Assembly: GCF_006345805.1 (NCBI RefSeq)
Contig: NC_043002.1
Location: 96,844,001 to 96,908,000 of the forward strand
Length of the DNA: 64,000 nt
Source of the DNA: Octopus sinensis
Taxonomy: Eukaryota
Direction: 5' to 3'
In this document: positions 24,885 through 38,193 of the stretch, piece by piece
Layout of the letters: every line of letters starts with the position of its first letter
How positions within the stretch are numbered: the first letter of the stretch is position 1
Notes under the pieces: generated by a model
Database searches by the model: none
Seen by the model: the letters and a program-made list of their open reading frames with translations, nothing else
What the model was told of the DNA's origin: nothing
Translations under genes and position numbers: made by a program

Positions 24885-26210
24885 TATCTCTAAATCACAC
24901 GTGACACTATTGTGAAACAAACAGATGTTTCCATATTTATTTACCCTATTTTCCTACCTTCATTTACATTGTGCAATTATATTTATGGGTTGCGCGTTAT
25001 TTTTTACTCACTACCAAGTGAAAGAGAAATAATGAATATGTCATTCTAAATTTAAAGTCGACATTTATCCTAGAAATACAAGGTTTAAAGAATAAACAAA
25101 CTCGAATTCTCGCTTCGATAACGTGTAATAATTGTATCTGCTGCACCTTAAGTCCTGCAGATTTTATCTGACATTCTACAGACCCTGCAGTCGTACGAAT
25201 CCCACCAGTTATTCACAATTTTAAGGTAAGCAAAGTTACGAATTAAAAAATGCAATCTATATCTGTAATTTTTGGAGGAAAAATAAAAATAATTATGATA
25301 CAGGATTTGCAAACATTTTGAATAACAACTTTACGGCATTTGAAGCACGGGCATATAAGATGGGCCTCAAATTCAGCAGTTTGTATACAGGGAAAAACTT
25401 TATGTACTTTAGGCTCAACTTCACATATATTACGAGAGGTGATTGTTGGAGACAGACTGTTGGCGAAAGGCTCTTGTAATATGCCATCAAATACAATAAT
25501 TTTTGATATCCCACGTAACTTTTCATTATTAAGTATACTATAATATTCTTAATGAAATTCAGTGCTATTTCAGCGATTGCTATAGATATTTAGCTTATTT
25601 CATCCTAAATGAAGCTTGTTTTCTTCCTTTAAACGTGTGACAATCATGTTTTATTTAATTTTTGTTGTTTCCTTTTTTGTTGTTTTACTGTGTATCTAGA
25701 ACTGCAGTGCACATGTCTTTCTTGTATTATGACAATAATCCTTTCTATCAAAAGCACAAAACCTGAAATTGGGGGAGGGGATTAATCGATTACATCAACC
25801 CTGGTGTGTCAGTGGTACTTAATTTACCAAACCCGAAAAGATGAAAGGCAAAGTCAACCTCGGCAGAATTTGAATGTATTATGACAATAATGTGGGAATA
25901 TGAAAGATATTTAGTTGATATTTCTAGCAGGTCAAGTAAATGTAGTTTCTCCTTTATCGACTTATGCTGTCTCTGTTGGTGAATGCTATACAACTGGTCG
26001 TACTTTTAGTGTTTCATTCCTTAACCCAAATTTCTACCAGACCGAGTAGATCTTTTCACAAAGACGCACACTTCGTTCAATGTTTTTATTGTCATACTTT
26101 TTCTAAACAGCAGCAACGTATGTGTGCATTGATTGACTGAGAAAGAGAGAAACACAGAGAGGGAGAGAGAGGGAGAGAGAGAGGGAGAGAGAGAGTGGGA
26201 GAGAGAGAGG

Positions 26211-26244
<34 letters not shown>

Positions 26245-26369
26245 AAGTTGGAATATAGTCAATTGACAACATAGTGGATCCAATTGTGGGTTGTGATCTA
26301 CATATTTCTCTGATATATGTAGAATTTAGTCGGAAACGTACACGCTAATCCGTTGTAAATACTACAAAA

Positions 26370-26590
26370 GTTTGTGAACCACCAAGGTAAGAATTATTCC
26401 TGCAGTAATTAGTGCGCCAGTCACAACAGCCGAAGGATTACCTGTGAGACTGAAAGAGTTTGAGATTAACACCCGTACTGTCGACCTGCAGAAAAAGACC
26501 CATCCTCCAGTCTATAAGGACATTAACAAAGACGTTTTGGAGATTTGAGGAAAATTCTGGCCAAGAAACGTTAAGACAAAAATCCTGCTA
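26370..26590 (+). mobile_element. Degraded 3' end of an R4/Dong-type REL retrotransposon
   Basis: Translates KVRIIPAVISA...TVDLQKKTILQSIRTLTKTF, resembling the IIPIVIGA...LQKIVLLGTARILRKVL tails of neighbouring elements. Followed by AAC/AAT repeats. Confidence 0.5.
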
Positions 26591-26657
26591 ATGAAATGGG
26601 CCTGTAATAGCTTTGTAATAATAGTAACAACAAGAACACGAACAAGAATAACAGCAG

Positions 26658-26688
<31 letters not shown>

Positions 26689-26732
26689 AATAATAATAAT
26701 AATAAAAATAATAATAATGATAATAATAACAA

Positions 26733-26763
<31 letters not shown>

Positions 26764-26837
26764 AGTTTTATTATTATTATTATTATTATTATTATAATTA
26801 TTATTATTATTATTATTATTATCATTATTATTATTAA

Positions 26838-28334
26838 TTCTCTTTATTACAGGTTTTGTTGCAGCGCCTGGAGACTTGCATGCGTAGCGGGCTTAGTACA
26901 TGCAGCCTAAGGTACCATGCTATTCGTTCTTTTCAGCTCTCTAATACTTTCCTAATTATTCCGGCCGTGCCAAGGAGGCAAACCTCTTGTAATAGTTCTA
27001 CTGGGCATTCTATTCCAATTTCCTTTATATTCCCCTTGACGCCTCCTGATGTTGTACCCGAAGACACAACAATAATTGCCACTATATTCACCTTCCTCAT
27101 TTTCCATAGCCGGGCTATTTCGTACTTAAAAGGGTTGTATCTATTTATCTTTTCGTCTTCCTTCTTGACTATTCGTGGGTCAAAGAGGCATGCAACATCA
27201 ACTATATAGCATATGTGGTGCATCTTGTCCACCATCACTAGATCTGGTTTGTTATGTTCAAGCACCTGATCTGTATGGATTGCAAAATCCCAAAGGATTT
27301 TGCAAGTCTCCGACTCTGCCACTCTCAGCGATTTGCTCTCATACCACGTCTTGCCCCTCTCTAGCCTCACTTTTCGCACAGTTTCCAATTTAGCACTTTC
27401 GCTACCTACTCATGTCGTCACAACTCGTGGTTTTGTGCACGTCTAGGGCGTTCGATCATGATATGGGCAATGGTTTCATTGCCAGAGGAGGCAATTGCTC
27501 ATTCTTAAGCTTGACCCTCCAGTTCATGGCCAAAGTTTGGTCCCGCCCCGCCAGTATAGTGATTTCGGTCTCTTTTTTTAAGGTTCCATTCATCAGCCTA
27601 TCACGCCCATTTTTCCAGCAACTTCTGTTGTGGCTATATGGATTTGGTTGTGTAGTCCCTTTTCGCGTAATTCTTCTTCATATCCTGTGTTTTCTTCCTG
27701 TGTTTGTCCTTTTCCTTTCTACCCTCAATAGTCCTTCGTACCTAACTGTCACGAGCAATGTTTCCCTACTTTGGGCTAGGTATCTCATTAAGCTCTCGAA
27801 TTCGATACGTACATAGTCATCTACACTTATCAGTATTCTTCCTCCGTTTGATATCATCATGTATAGGTGATCCATGTCCGCAAGTCGATGATGGGATCCA
27901 TGCATCGTTAGGAGCTTTCTTGACTTCCTGTCCATCTCCTTAAGCTCCTCCTCTGTCTACTTCAGGATTCCAGCGCCATAAAGAACTACTGCGAATGCGC
28001 GCAAGTTTATTGCCGAAATTATGTTTCTGGCATTCAGCTTTGAAGCCAATATTTTTCTCCCATCTCCGCATGTAATCTCTTTTTATCTTTTCTTTCATGT
28101 CATGGTGTTTCATTCCAACTGCCTCAAGTATTCCCAGGTATTTATAGCTGGACTGAAGCTGAATTGCCTTCATCATTTCACCACTTGGTACCCAAATGCC
28201 TTCTGTCCTGGCTAGCTTTCCTCCTCTCATCACCATCGTAGCACATTTTGAGAGTCGAAACTCCATCTTAATGTCATTGGAGAAACTCCGAATATACTGG
28301 GCTATGCTGTCCAGTTCTGCCTCAGATTTTGTGA

Positions 28335-28335
<1 letters not shown>
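26838..28335 (-). mobile_element. R4/Dong-type non-LTR retrotransposon, 5'-truncated (RT thumb plus REL endonuclease)
   Basis: ORFs 27678-27935 and 26933-27388: ILWDFAIHTDQVLEHNKPDLVMVDK...IVDVAC..D...KEDEKINRY (PD-D/ExK REL). Both ends abut (ATT)n. Confidence 0.85.
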
Positions 28336-28416
<81 letters not shown>

Positions 28417-28452
28417 GTTATTATTATCATTATTATTATAATTATAATAATA

Positions 28453-28505
<53 letters not shown>

Positions 28506-28506
<1 letters not shown>

Positions 28507-28840
28507 GAGTGAGAGAGCAGTGCATGCCATCAAAGTGATACTGGGGTAAAATATACGAAGCCCAATATACCCATCATGACTACCCGTCTGATAAGGGTAC
28601 ACCAGGCACATGCATCACAGCCATATGTGCGCGACATGGTGATCTCATATCAAGATAAACAGCACATGACCTTGCAGGTGGGGCCCAGTTAGAATTTTCT
28701 TCAGGTTGAGTAGCCCATCCCGCTCAAAAGGTCCCTGAATAAGGGTTGTTTAAGGATGTTGAAAGAACCACCCATGTTTCCAGAGGTAAATTATTCAAAC
28801 CCCAAAGAATCCCTCTCAACACATGGCTATAATGCTCCCC
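28506..28840 (-). mobile_element. TAA-embedded non-coding repeat (family P), partial
   Basis: Reverse complement of the 3' part of 32801-33357; flanked by (ATT)n. Confidence 0.8.
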
Positions 28841-28856
28841 ATTATTATTATTATTA

Positions 28857-29485
28857 CTTTGCTTCCATTTCTTGCCGAGTGTCTTCCCGACTCCTAGGGC
28901 AAAGAAACTCATAGTATACATTGGTAGGCCATTAAACTAAACTCAATAGTTCGTTCATTTTTTTTTTAAAGTTAAATTAAAATACATGAGCAGCAACAGT
29001 TCTCACATCGACAATGCTCTTCTCAATACGTGTAATGTACCAGTTAAGACAATCTGTTGCACTTCTTGCAGGGATGGTAAGCCAGGGATCATTCTCATAT
29101 AATTTTCGGTTCCCTTCTTGATCATTCCTAGTGCTCCTACGATCACTGGTATTATAACCGCCTTGAGATGCCACATTTTCTCAATTTCAATGAGTAGGTC
29201 TTTATATTTTCTGAGCTTGTCAAACTCTTTCGCTGAGATATTATGATCACAGGGGATGCTCATGTCGATCAATAAGCAAACTTTATTGTTTTGGTCTTTC
29301 ACAACAATATCTGGTTTATTGGCCTTGATGGTTCGGTCTGTATGTAGTGGAAAGTCCCACAGAATGGTTACATTTTCTCCTTCAGTTACAGCCTCAGGGT
29401 GGTGATTATACCACTTGTCGGCAGTTTTGATATTGTAATGCCGACTTATTAGCCAGTGTAGATATTGACCAACTCTGTCATGTCT
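28857..29485 (-). mobile_element. R4/Dong-type element, REL endonuclease 3' fragment
   Basis: ORF 29003-29302: CLLIDMSIPCDHNISAKEFDKLRKYKDL...LTGTLHVLRRALSM. (ATT)n on both sides. Confidence 0.85.
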
Positions 29486-29509
29486 ATTATTATCATTATT
29501 ATTATTATA

Positions 29510-29588
<79 letters not shown>

Positions 29589-29844
29589 GTTTGACTTTTG
29601 CTTTATATTTGTACAAGTTAGCTCCAAGTCTCACCCAGAAACAACAGGTTGGAAGTTCACGTTGTTGTTATGCCTAGTGTGCCATATATTTGGGGATTTT
29701 TTTGGTGTTGTACTAGTGAATGTCTAATAAAAATTTTTTTAAAATTATTATTATTATCATCATTATCATTATTATTATTATTATTATCATTATTATTATT
29801 ATTATTATTACTACTACTACTACTACTATTATTTTCATTATCAT

Positions 29845-30715
29845 CTTTCAATTCTGTTTCCCTTTCTTGTCGAGTGTCTTCTCGTCACTAAGGGCAGAGA
29901 AACGCACTGTATACATTGGTAGGCTATTAAAATAAGCCCACCAAATTATCCATTTGCAAAGTCGTGTGATCGAGAAAAATGGGAAGAAAGACAGAGAGAA
30001 AGAATAGAAAATAAAAAAATAAAAAGCAAACAAAAATAAAGAGGGAATAATGAAAGAAAATTCACAGCGACAATGCTCTTCTCAATACGAATTAAGACAA
30101 TCTTTTGCATTTCCTGTATGGATGGTAAGCTAGGGATCATTCTTAAATAATTTTCAATTCCTTTTTTCAACATTCCAAGTACTCCTACAATCACTGGTAT
30201 TGTAACCGTCTTGAGATTCCATATTTTTCGATTTCGATTAGCAAATCTTTATATTTTCTGAGCTTATCAGATTCTTTTGCCAAGATATTATGGTCACATA
30301 GTATGCTCATGTCAATCAATAAACAGACTGTTTTGCTTTGGTCTTTCAAAACAATATATGGCTTGTTTGCTTTGAAGGTCCGATCTGTACATACTGGGAA
30401 GTCCCAAAGAATAGATACATTTTCTCCCTCAAAACCAGCCTCAGTGTGGTGCCAGTACCATTTGTCAGCAGTTTTGATTTTATAATGCCGATACATTATC
30501 CAGTGTTGATATTGGCCAACTCTGTCATGTCTTGATTTGAACTCTACAAGAGCTAAAATCTTACATCCAGAGATTAGATGATCCACTGTTTCGGTACTTT
30601 GGGACTATACCATTTTTCATCACGTTGGTTTAATAGTAGTGAGCTAATAAGCTCTGATCTTGTGCAGCCAAGACAAAGCCTTCACCCTCTTGCCTTTAGC
30701 CCTGAGCTCCGTAGC
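29845..30715 (-). mobile_element. R4/Dong-type element, zinc-knuckle plus REL fragment
   Basis: ORF 30191-30586 DHLISGC...ILWDFPVCTDRTFKANKPYIV. 3'UTR related to 28857-28960. Confidence 0.85.
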
Positions 30716-31082
30716 CACTAATGCTTGTTTGCTACGGACCACATATTTGTCATGCAGAGGATTTTTCTCTTACCTATCAGCCAATTGTTCAAGCGCATTT
30801 TGCTTTGCTTATTGATTCCAACTTCTTTGCAACGACAGTTGCTGCACTTCCATCATGCTGTTCAACCTGGGTATTATGCATAAACACACTTGAAACTGTA
30901 TTACTCTCTTTCATAACAGAATGAAGCTTCTTACGTTTTTCATGGTTTTCAAATACATTTTAGCATCCAGTCGTTAGATATTTCAAGATATTTTGCCAGT
31001 CCAATTGTGATGGTTTTATAGGAGATTGTTGTTGTTGTTGTAGTAGTAGTTGTTGTTGTTGTTGTTGTTGTTGTTGTTAGAA

Positions 31083-31402
31083 ATGCCCTTATGCAGCACG
31101 TGGCAGTGACATTCATGGTTTCTGAACTTAACTGATTGGAACTGTTAAGATGAACATGTATATTCTTTCTCTTCATATCAAAGACGGGCTCCTTTGACCT
31201 TAACCAGCTGAGCATATCCGTTAATGGCAGACGATGTGTGTATCTCCGATCATGAGCAGATGTAGTGGGGGAACATCATAGCCATGTGTTGAGTGGAATT
31301 CTTTGGTGTTTGAATAATTCACCACTGGAAACATAGGTATTTTGTTCATCATCCTCAAACAAACCTTATTCAGACATTTTTCCAGTGGGATTGGCTACTT
31401 AC
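31083..31402 (+). mobile_element. Family P repeat, diverged partial copy
   Basis: Similar to 32801-33160; preceded by TTG/TAG repeats. Confidence 0.65.
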
Positions 31403-32557
31403 TTGTTGTCCACTGCAGTGCACCTATTCTGAAATGTACTCGGGCGGAGATTAACCAACTCGATGGCACTCACCGAAGGTCAATGAAAATGCATGGTGCC
31501 CTCCACTCTAAGGCGAATGCACACAGGCTCTACTTGAGGAGGTCTAAAGGTGGACGTGGCCTTATTAGCGTACGAGAGTGCATAAACAGTGAAAGAAATA
31601 TGGCAGAATATTTGGTAAACAGCAAACAAGACCTGCTATAGTACGCTACTAATGAAGGATTTAGCAAAAATGGATTTGAGAGTGCTCATGAATTCCGATC
31701 ACAAATAGCCAAAGAGAAAGAAGAAACCCTACTCCTAGTAGAATTACATGGTCAATTCCACCGTGAAACTAACAAATTAAAATACCAAGAAGCAACCTGG
31801 AGGTGGCTCAGCAAGGGTGACCTTAAAATGAAGACTGAAAGCGTAATCATCGCTGCCCAGGACCAGATATTGAATACCAACTCAGTGAAAAGGAATATAC
31901 ACCACACAAGTGCAACGAACCTCTGCAGAATGTCGAAAGCGTGACTCATAATGTTTGTGCTTGTGAAAATCTTGCACAGAAAGAGTACAAGCGCAGACAC
32001 AAGATTGTCCAAAACCTTGACTGGATACTATGCCGGAAGTATGGATACGAGGTAACGAGTGATTGATTCCAACATACACCGGAAAACGTAATGGACGAAA
32101 AGGGGAAAGCAAAGATCCTCTGAGCCTTCAACTTCTTGACAGACAATGTGTTAGAACACTGAGGGCTTGATATAGTAACCTCTACGAAGAACAAACAAGA
32201 GTGCTAAATAATCGGCGTGGCAGTACCAGGGGTTCATCATATTATCATGAAAGAGACAAGATTAATAAACATGGAGACCTGAGAACTGAGATTGCCAAAT
32301 GTAGCAGCTACGAGAGTCAAATATAAAATTTGTCCCTATTGTCAATACCAGGCAACTTGAAAAGATATCTGGAAACTTTAGAAATACTCTACAATCTAGG
32401 TGTATTTCAAAATTCGGCATTACTTGGAACTGCACGCATATTGCGTAAAGTATTGTTTGTCTGAGGTCTCTGTGAGTTGACAGACGGAACAAAGCCCCGG
32501 TAGACAAAATATTTTAAATCCACAACATCACGATACAGGATACTGTGTGACGTCTTC
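31403..32557 (+). mobile_element. Degraded R4/Dong-type element, 3' part
   Basis: HGALHSKANAHRLYLRRSKGGRGLISV (RT thumb) followed by frameshifted REL. Ends gtgtgacgtcttc then (AAT)n. Confidence 0.8.
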
Positions 32558-32631
<74 letters not shown>

Positions 32632-32679
32632 TAATAATAATAATAATAATAATAATATAATGGTAATAATAATAATAAT

Positions 32680-32742
<63 letters not shown>

Positions 32743-32800
32743 TAATGGTAATAATATAATAATAATAATAATAATAATAATATAATAATAATAATAATAA

Positions 32801-33357
32801 ATGCCCTGATGCAGTACCAGGCAATGGCTCTCATGGCTTCTGATCTTAACTGATTGGAAGTGTTATCATGTACATTGTTTTGTCTTGGTATAAAAGATGG
32901 GCTACAGCAAATATTCTGCTCAATACCACAGATTTGCTTGTCAGTTGTTTGACATTAACCAGTTGAGCATGTCCCTTAGTGGCTGACGATATGTGCATCT
33001 CTGATCACGAGCAGAAGTAGTGGGGGAGCATCATAGCCATGTGTTGAGAGGGATTCTTTGGGGTTTGAATAGTTCACCTCTGGAAACATGGGTGATTCTT
33101 TCAACATCCTTAAACAACCCTTATTCAGGGACCGTTTGAGCGGGATGGGCTACTCAACCTGAAGAAAATTCTAACTGGGCCCCACCTGCAAGGTCATGTG
33201 CTGTTTATCTTGATATGAGATCACCATGTCGCGCACATATGGCTGTGATGCATGTGCCTGGTGTACCTTTATCAGACGGGTAGTCATGATGGGTATATTG
33301 GGCTTCGTATATTTTACCTCAGTGTCACTTTGATGGCATGAAGTGCTCCCTCACTCA
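32801..33357 (+). mobile_element. Family P non-coding repeat, apparently full length (~557 bp)
   Basis: Bounded on both sides by (AAT)n. Three other copies in the window. No long ORF and no clear tRNA head. Confidence 0.8.
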
Positions 33358-33404
33358 ATGATAATAATAATAACAATAATAATAATAACAATAATAATAA
33401 TAAT

Positions 33405-33555
33405 TTGCACTACTAGCACTGCACACATCCTACGCAGAACACTTTCCATACAATAACCATCAGAGCATCACAACAAATCACAGCACATACCTAAGGCACA
33501 CAGAGCTGCGCTCGGTAGTGAAGTGAAAGCACGCTATAAAAATAAAACTACTGAA
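33405..33555 (+). mobile_element. Severely 5'-truncated R4/Dong 3' end
   Basis: Nearly identical to the reverse complement of 40751-40900. Confidence 0.85.
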
Positions 33556-33569
33556 TGATAATAATAATG

Positions 33570-34210
33570 ACAATTGCAGACGAATCTTTTTCCTCCCATT
33601 AATATGGCTGATACTATCAGGGGGAATTGCAGAAGAACTGTACAAATTTCTTGCGGAGAAAGTTATATTACCGACGGAACAAAAAAGCTCTACAAGGAGA
33701 TGCAGAGGTACCAAAGATGAATTATTGATAGACAAAATGGTAATGCAAGGTAGTAAATGAAGAAGAATACATTTTTCTAGACAGACAAAGTGTTAGAGAG
33801 CCGAAGGCCGGATATAGTAACCTTTAGGAGAGACAAACAAGAGTGCCTGATAATCAACGTATCAGTGCCAGTAGATCAACATATCATCATGAAGGAAAGA
33901 AAAAACGTCAATAAATATGAAAACCGGAGAATTGAGATCGCCAAGATATGGTAAATACGAGAGTCAAACATAAAGGTTATCCCTGTTGTCTTCGGATCAT
34001 TGGGTTCAATACGACCCAATCTGAAAAAATATATCTGAAAACATTAGAGGTACCCTACAATTTAGATGTATTGCATTACTTGGAACTGCGCGCATATTGC
34101 GTACAGTACTGTCTGTCTGAGGTCCTTGTTGTGACTTGACAAACAGTACAAACCTTCAGTAGAGACATCTTCACTCAACAACCTCACGATACTGTATATT
34201 GTGTGACGTC

Positions 34211-34211
<1 letters not shown>
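33570..34211 (+). mobile_element. Internally deleted R4/Dong-type element
   Basis: RT domain-2 remnant (LPTEQK...RGTKDELLIDKM) joined to a REL remnant. 3' end like 32440-32557, then (AAT)n. Confidence 0.7.
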
Positions 34212-34274
<63 letters not shown>

Positions 34275-35099
34275 CCGATTTTAGTTTTATTGGAATTTAT
34301 CTCCTAATTCAATCATAGAAGTTATATAAACACATTAATTTCTATTTTATTTGAACCTCTTACTCTGGTATGTGCTACTAAACTTGACAATTTTCACCGA
34401 AGTATCGTACGACAATTGTAATTTTATTGTATGTTGCGCGTAATCAATACATAATTTATATTATTATATCCATTGCATATCCATTCTATAAGAGTTATTA
34501 CGGGCTGAAGATATTGTATCATTTTGGAAATGCATTTCTTTGCACAAAGGTTTATTCAGAAAACTATGCAATGTATTCCAGTATTCTTTCTTTCAAAAAA
34601 TTTTGTGGCTCGTAGAGATTATAAAATTTGATAAGCGTTTATAAGTGAGTATTGAGCATCAAGATAATCTTTGAAAAGAGAGGGCATGGCATTGATGAGG
34701 TTGTGAAAAGCGATGAAAAAAGACTTTGACAAACACACGACCGAATGAGTATTGAATGTTAATAGTTAATGTATATTTATAAAGAGAGAAGTTCAGTTCA
34801 AGTGAAGATGGAAATGGTGAATCCTTAATGTCGTTTCTTAGTTTCTACTTGATTTTACTGTACTTTGATCGCAACAAAGATGTCATGTTGAAATTCTGAG
34901 TGTAATATCAGGGTGAGAGATGCAACAGAAACGAGAGAGAGAAACACAGAGAGAAGGAATGAGAGAGGTGTGAAAAAGAAAGTAAGAAAGAGATAGAGAG
35001 AAGAGGAGGGAGGAGGAGAGAAAGAAAGAAGGAGAGAAAGAAGACAGGGAACGGCCTCCCTGTTTGAGATTGGTACTCATTATTGTTTAATAAACTTTA

Positions 35100-35181
35100 A
35101 AACGTGAAACCAAGTGGCTTCTTTGATTCAAAGGCGCAAACACCCTGCGCGGTCTAGAAACAGCACTCCGGTTTAACGATC
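35100..35181 (+). other. Putative 5'UTR exon of the Cys-rich secreted protein gene (start uncertain)
   Basis: Donor gatc|GTAAGT at 35182 and a 112-bp intron to ttttcttacAG at 35293. In-frame TAG upstream of the ATG; A at -3 after splicing. Confidence 0.5.
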
Positions 35182-35293
35182 GTAAGTCTAAGCATATTAT
35201 CCACAATAATCACATCTCATTAGACAAATGTTAGCACTGAAAATTATAAGATATATAAAGAGACCTTTCACAGGTTTTAAATTTTTCTTACAG

Positions 35294-35372
35294 ATGCATT
35301 TATCTCCGATACTCTTGTTTCCAGTTGTTGCCCTGACCGTGACGATTATTTTGGATAATACTAACACAGATA
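35294..35372 (+). CDS. Coding exon 1: signal-peptide-like MHLSPILLFPVVALTVTIILDNTNTD
   Basis: Acceptor tttttcttacAG, ATG as first codon, hydrophobic core, donor GTAAGT at 35373, 79 bp ending in phase 1. Confidence 0.75.
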
Positions 35373-36028
35373 GTAAGTTTTCATATTCATAAATTCCTGC
35401 ACGGGTATGAGGCTCTGAGATCCAAACCCCCTCTCCTCTCGACACCGTCATTATTTCAATTTTCCAAATAATGTCGTAAATACATTTCTAAAATCTCTTT
35501 TGGAGCTCACTATCACACTTGTGTAAATTTCCATAAGTCTGAAGTCGTTTTAGAGGGTAATCTGATTTCGATCTTAAAAGGAAGTCTGTAAAATGGATTT
35601 TTAGGCCGATTCAGTAGAAGTACATCGGTGTGTTGTGTGGACAGTTATTATTTCTTTATAAGATGTAACTTCACACCAAAAGGTAATTTATGGGACACAA
35701 GAAAACATTTACAAGTAAGCCAGATAACATAACGTTGAAGGTTTCTGAAATTTAAAGAAGGACATTGTTTTACATATGCACATTGTCCTTTCTGCTGTCT
35801 TTTAGAGCTGTTACACTCACTTATAGTAATATATATCTACATATATAGGCACACACTACAAATTTGTCTCGTTTTCCTTTATGTCCATAAATATCTATTA
35901 TAAGTCATACGATGATATTGAACTTTGAATTCCTAATTCATAGTCCATTAAACATATACATACATACACACACACACATATATATACATACATATATACA
36001 TTCATACATGCATACCTACATATATAAG

Positions 36029-36139
<111 letters not shown>

Positions 36140-36197
36140 CATATGTATACACACACACATACATATATATGTGTATATATATATATACTTACATATG

Positions 36198-36268
<71 letters not shown>

Positions 36269-36299
36269 TATATATATATATGTATATATATATGTATAT

Positions 36300-37410
36300 T
36301 GTTACGCCGCCACTCAGGCCGAAGGCCTTCCGATTCCACCACGGGGCCTAAGTCGCGACGATGACGCTCAGTAAACCGGAAATCCACCACGGGAAGGAGG
36401 GAAGGCGGCGAACGCAGCCAGGAACCAACACAACAACAAAAGAAAGGAGACATACAGCGGAAGTTGCGTAATTCAGCAATTTTCTTTTTAACAAAACCAA
36501 AGCATTCCAAAACAAAGGTTGACAAATCATGTACAGAGTTCGAAGAACAAATCATTTGCATTTAAACATAATACAGAGTTCGAAAAACAAATCATTTAAC
36601 ATTTGACACAATGCAGTTCGATTATTCAAGACAAATCATTTTACATTTAACACAAGGTTCACAATCAACAGTCTCTTAGAGCTCCACTTTCATCTTTTTT
36701 TTTAACACGACAGTTCTCAAAAAGTTCCTTCTGCTTTTCTTTTAAAAACATTTCCAAGTTCTTTTTTTCTTCCTTTTCTTTTCTTTTAAAAACAGTCAAC
36801 AACACGCTCTTTTATCTTTTCAACGGTTACGCTAGAGCCTCTCTCTTTTTTTCATTTCAACAACACATCGTCGCTTCTCTTTTTTTTTCGAAGAACATTT
36901 ACATTTAAAAATTTAGAGTTCAAAACATGCAGAAAAACAACATTACCAGAACATTTGTTTCTTAAATTCGCGTCCGCAACAATTTTAACTTCACAAACTC
37001 CCACTACAACAACTTGCCTGGCCGCTCGTTGTCATCTTTCCCACTACCCCGCCATCCCCAACTACACCTGTATGTCTCTGGCCGTCATCATCTCTAACTC
37101 ACTCCCTGGTCCCGGTCTCCGCTCACACTGACCGTCTGTCTTTCTCTCAGTGACTGACTCTCGCCAACCGAACGCTTTAACTTAATGCTATCCGTATATA
37201 TAACGTCGTCCCAGTATTTTTATTCTTTTTAACTTTCCGTTACCGTGTGGGGTCATAGAACAGTTTCAAGGCCATTAATAATCGTGCTCTTTGACAGGAC
37301 AAAGGAAATACCATTGTCCTAAACAACTGGAGCGCCGGTTCGATTCCAACTAATGGAACAAAGGGCATAATGTTTTTTTGTTCGTTTACATTTTCCTTGC
37401 GTCTGTAACA
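36300..37410. mobile_element. Solo LTR (1111 bp), intronic
   Basis: TGTTAC...GTAACA termini, ATAT 4-bp TSD, inside a (TA)n tract. Confidence 0.75.
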
Positions 37411-37447
<37 letters not shown>

Positions 37448-37526
37448 TAAATATCAGGGTAAGAAAATATAAAATTTTTTTTTACTACCAGTAGCCTAGC
37501 ATGTAGAAAAATTAGTCATAAAAATA

Positions 37527-38134
37527 GTGTACATTTAAATACATAAGAAGTAACCATCATAGGATACCTAGCACGCTAGAAGGAATGGCCAAAATCCAAA
37601 TCACTCTTAGGGATAAATTTCGAATGGAATGAATATAAAATCATTTACCATCTATCTGCTGGACCATGGTTTCTAGCACTATATTAGCAAATAAAATAAT
37701 TTGATAGGCGGAGCCTTCATCAACGGGTACGCTAAGATTAAACATAAAAATACGAGGCAATCTAGCATTTACCCCGTGCTTATAAATCATAATTTTTCAA
37801 ACCAACCGCGTAAGGGAATTTTTTATCAGCAGCAAATAAATAATGCCGGCGTTTCTTCGAAAAATTTCCAAAAATTATCAATTATTACTAAATATCACGG
37901 TGCCTCGTATTTATATGTTTGATATAAATGGCATACTGTTGATAAAGGCTCCGCCTAGCAAATTATCGTATTTGCTAATATAGAGCTACAAACCATGGCC
38001 CAAGAGATAGATGGTAAATGTTTTTATCTTTCTTTCCCTTCGAAATTTATCCCTAAGAGTGGTTTGGATTTTGGTTATTCCGTCTAACGTGCTAGGTATC
38101 CTATAATGGTTACTTCTTGTGTTTAAATGTACAC
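37527..38134. repeat. ~233-bp inverted repeat, intronic
   Basis: Arms 37527-37759 and 37901-38134. A related single copy lies at ~57620-57825. Degenerate TTGATGA-aggc-tcc-gcct motif in the arms. Confidence 0.85.
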
Positions 38135-38156
38135 TGTATTCATATGAATAATATAC

Positions 38157-38193
<37 letters not shown>

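Noticed and set aside
25161-25438. Two possible exons (25161-25227 and an open 135-bp phase 1-1 stretch 25304-25438)
   Set aside because: Their phases are incompatible, the second acceptor lacks a pyrimidine tract, and there is no recognisable motif or paralog. Worth only an RNA-seq glance.
26380-26395. Strong-looking splice donor aag|GTAAGA after a GA-rich tract
   Set aside because: It falls in a decayed R4/Dong coding remnant (KVRIIPAVI), and no partner exon was found.
32801-32870. Possible HDV-like ribozyme at the 5' end of family P
   Set aside because: I could not find a P1 partner or nested pseudoknot by eye; a descriptor search would be needed.
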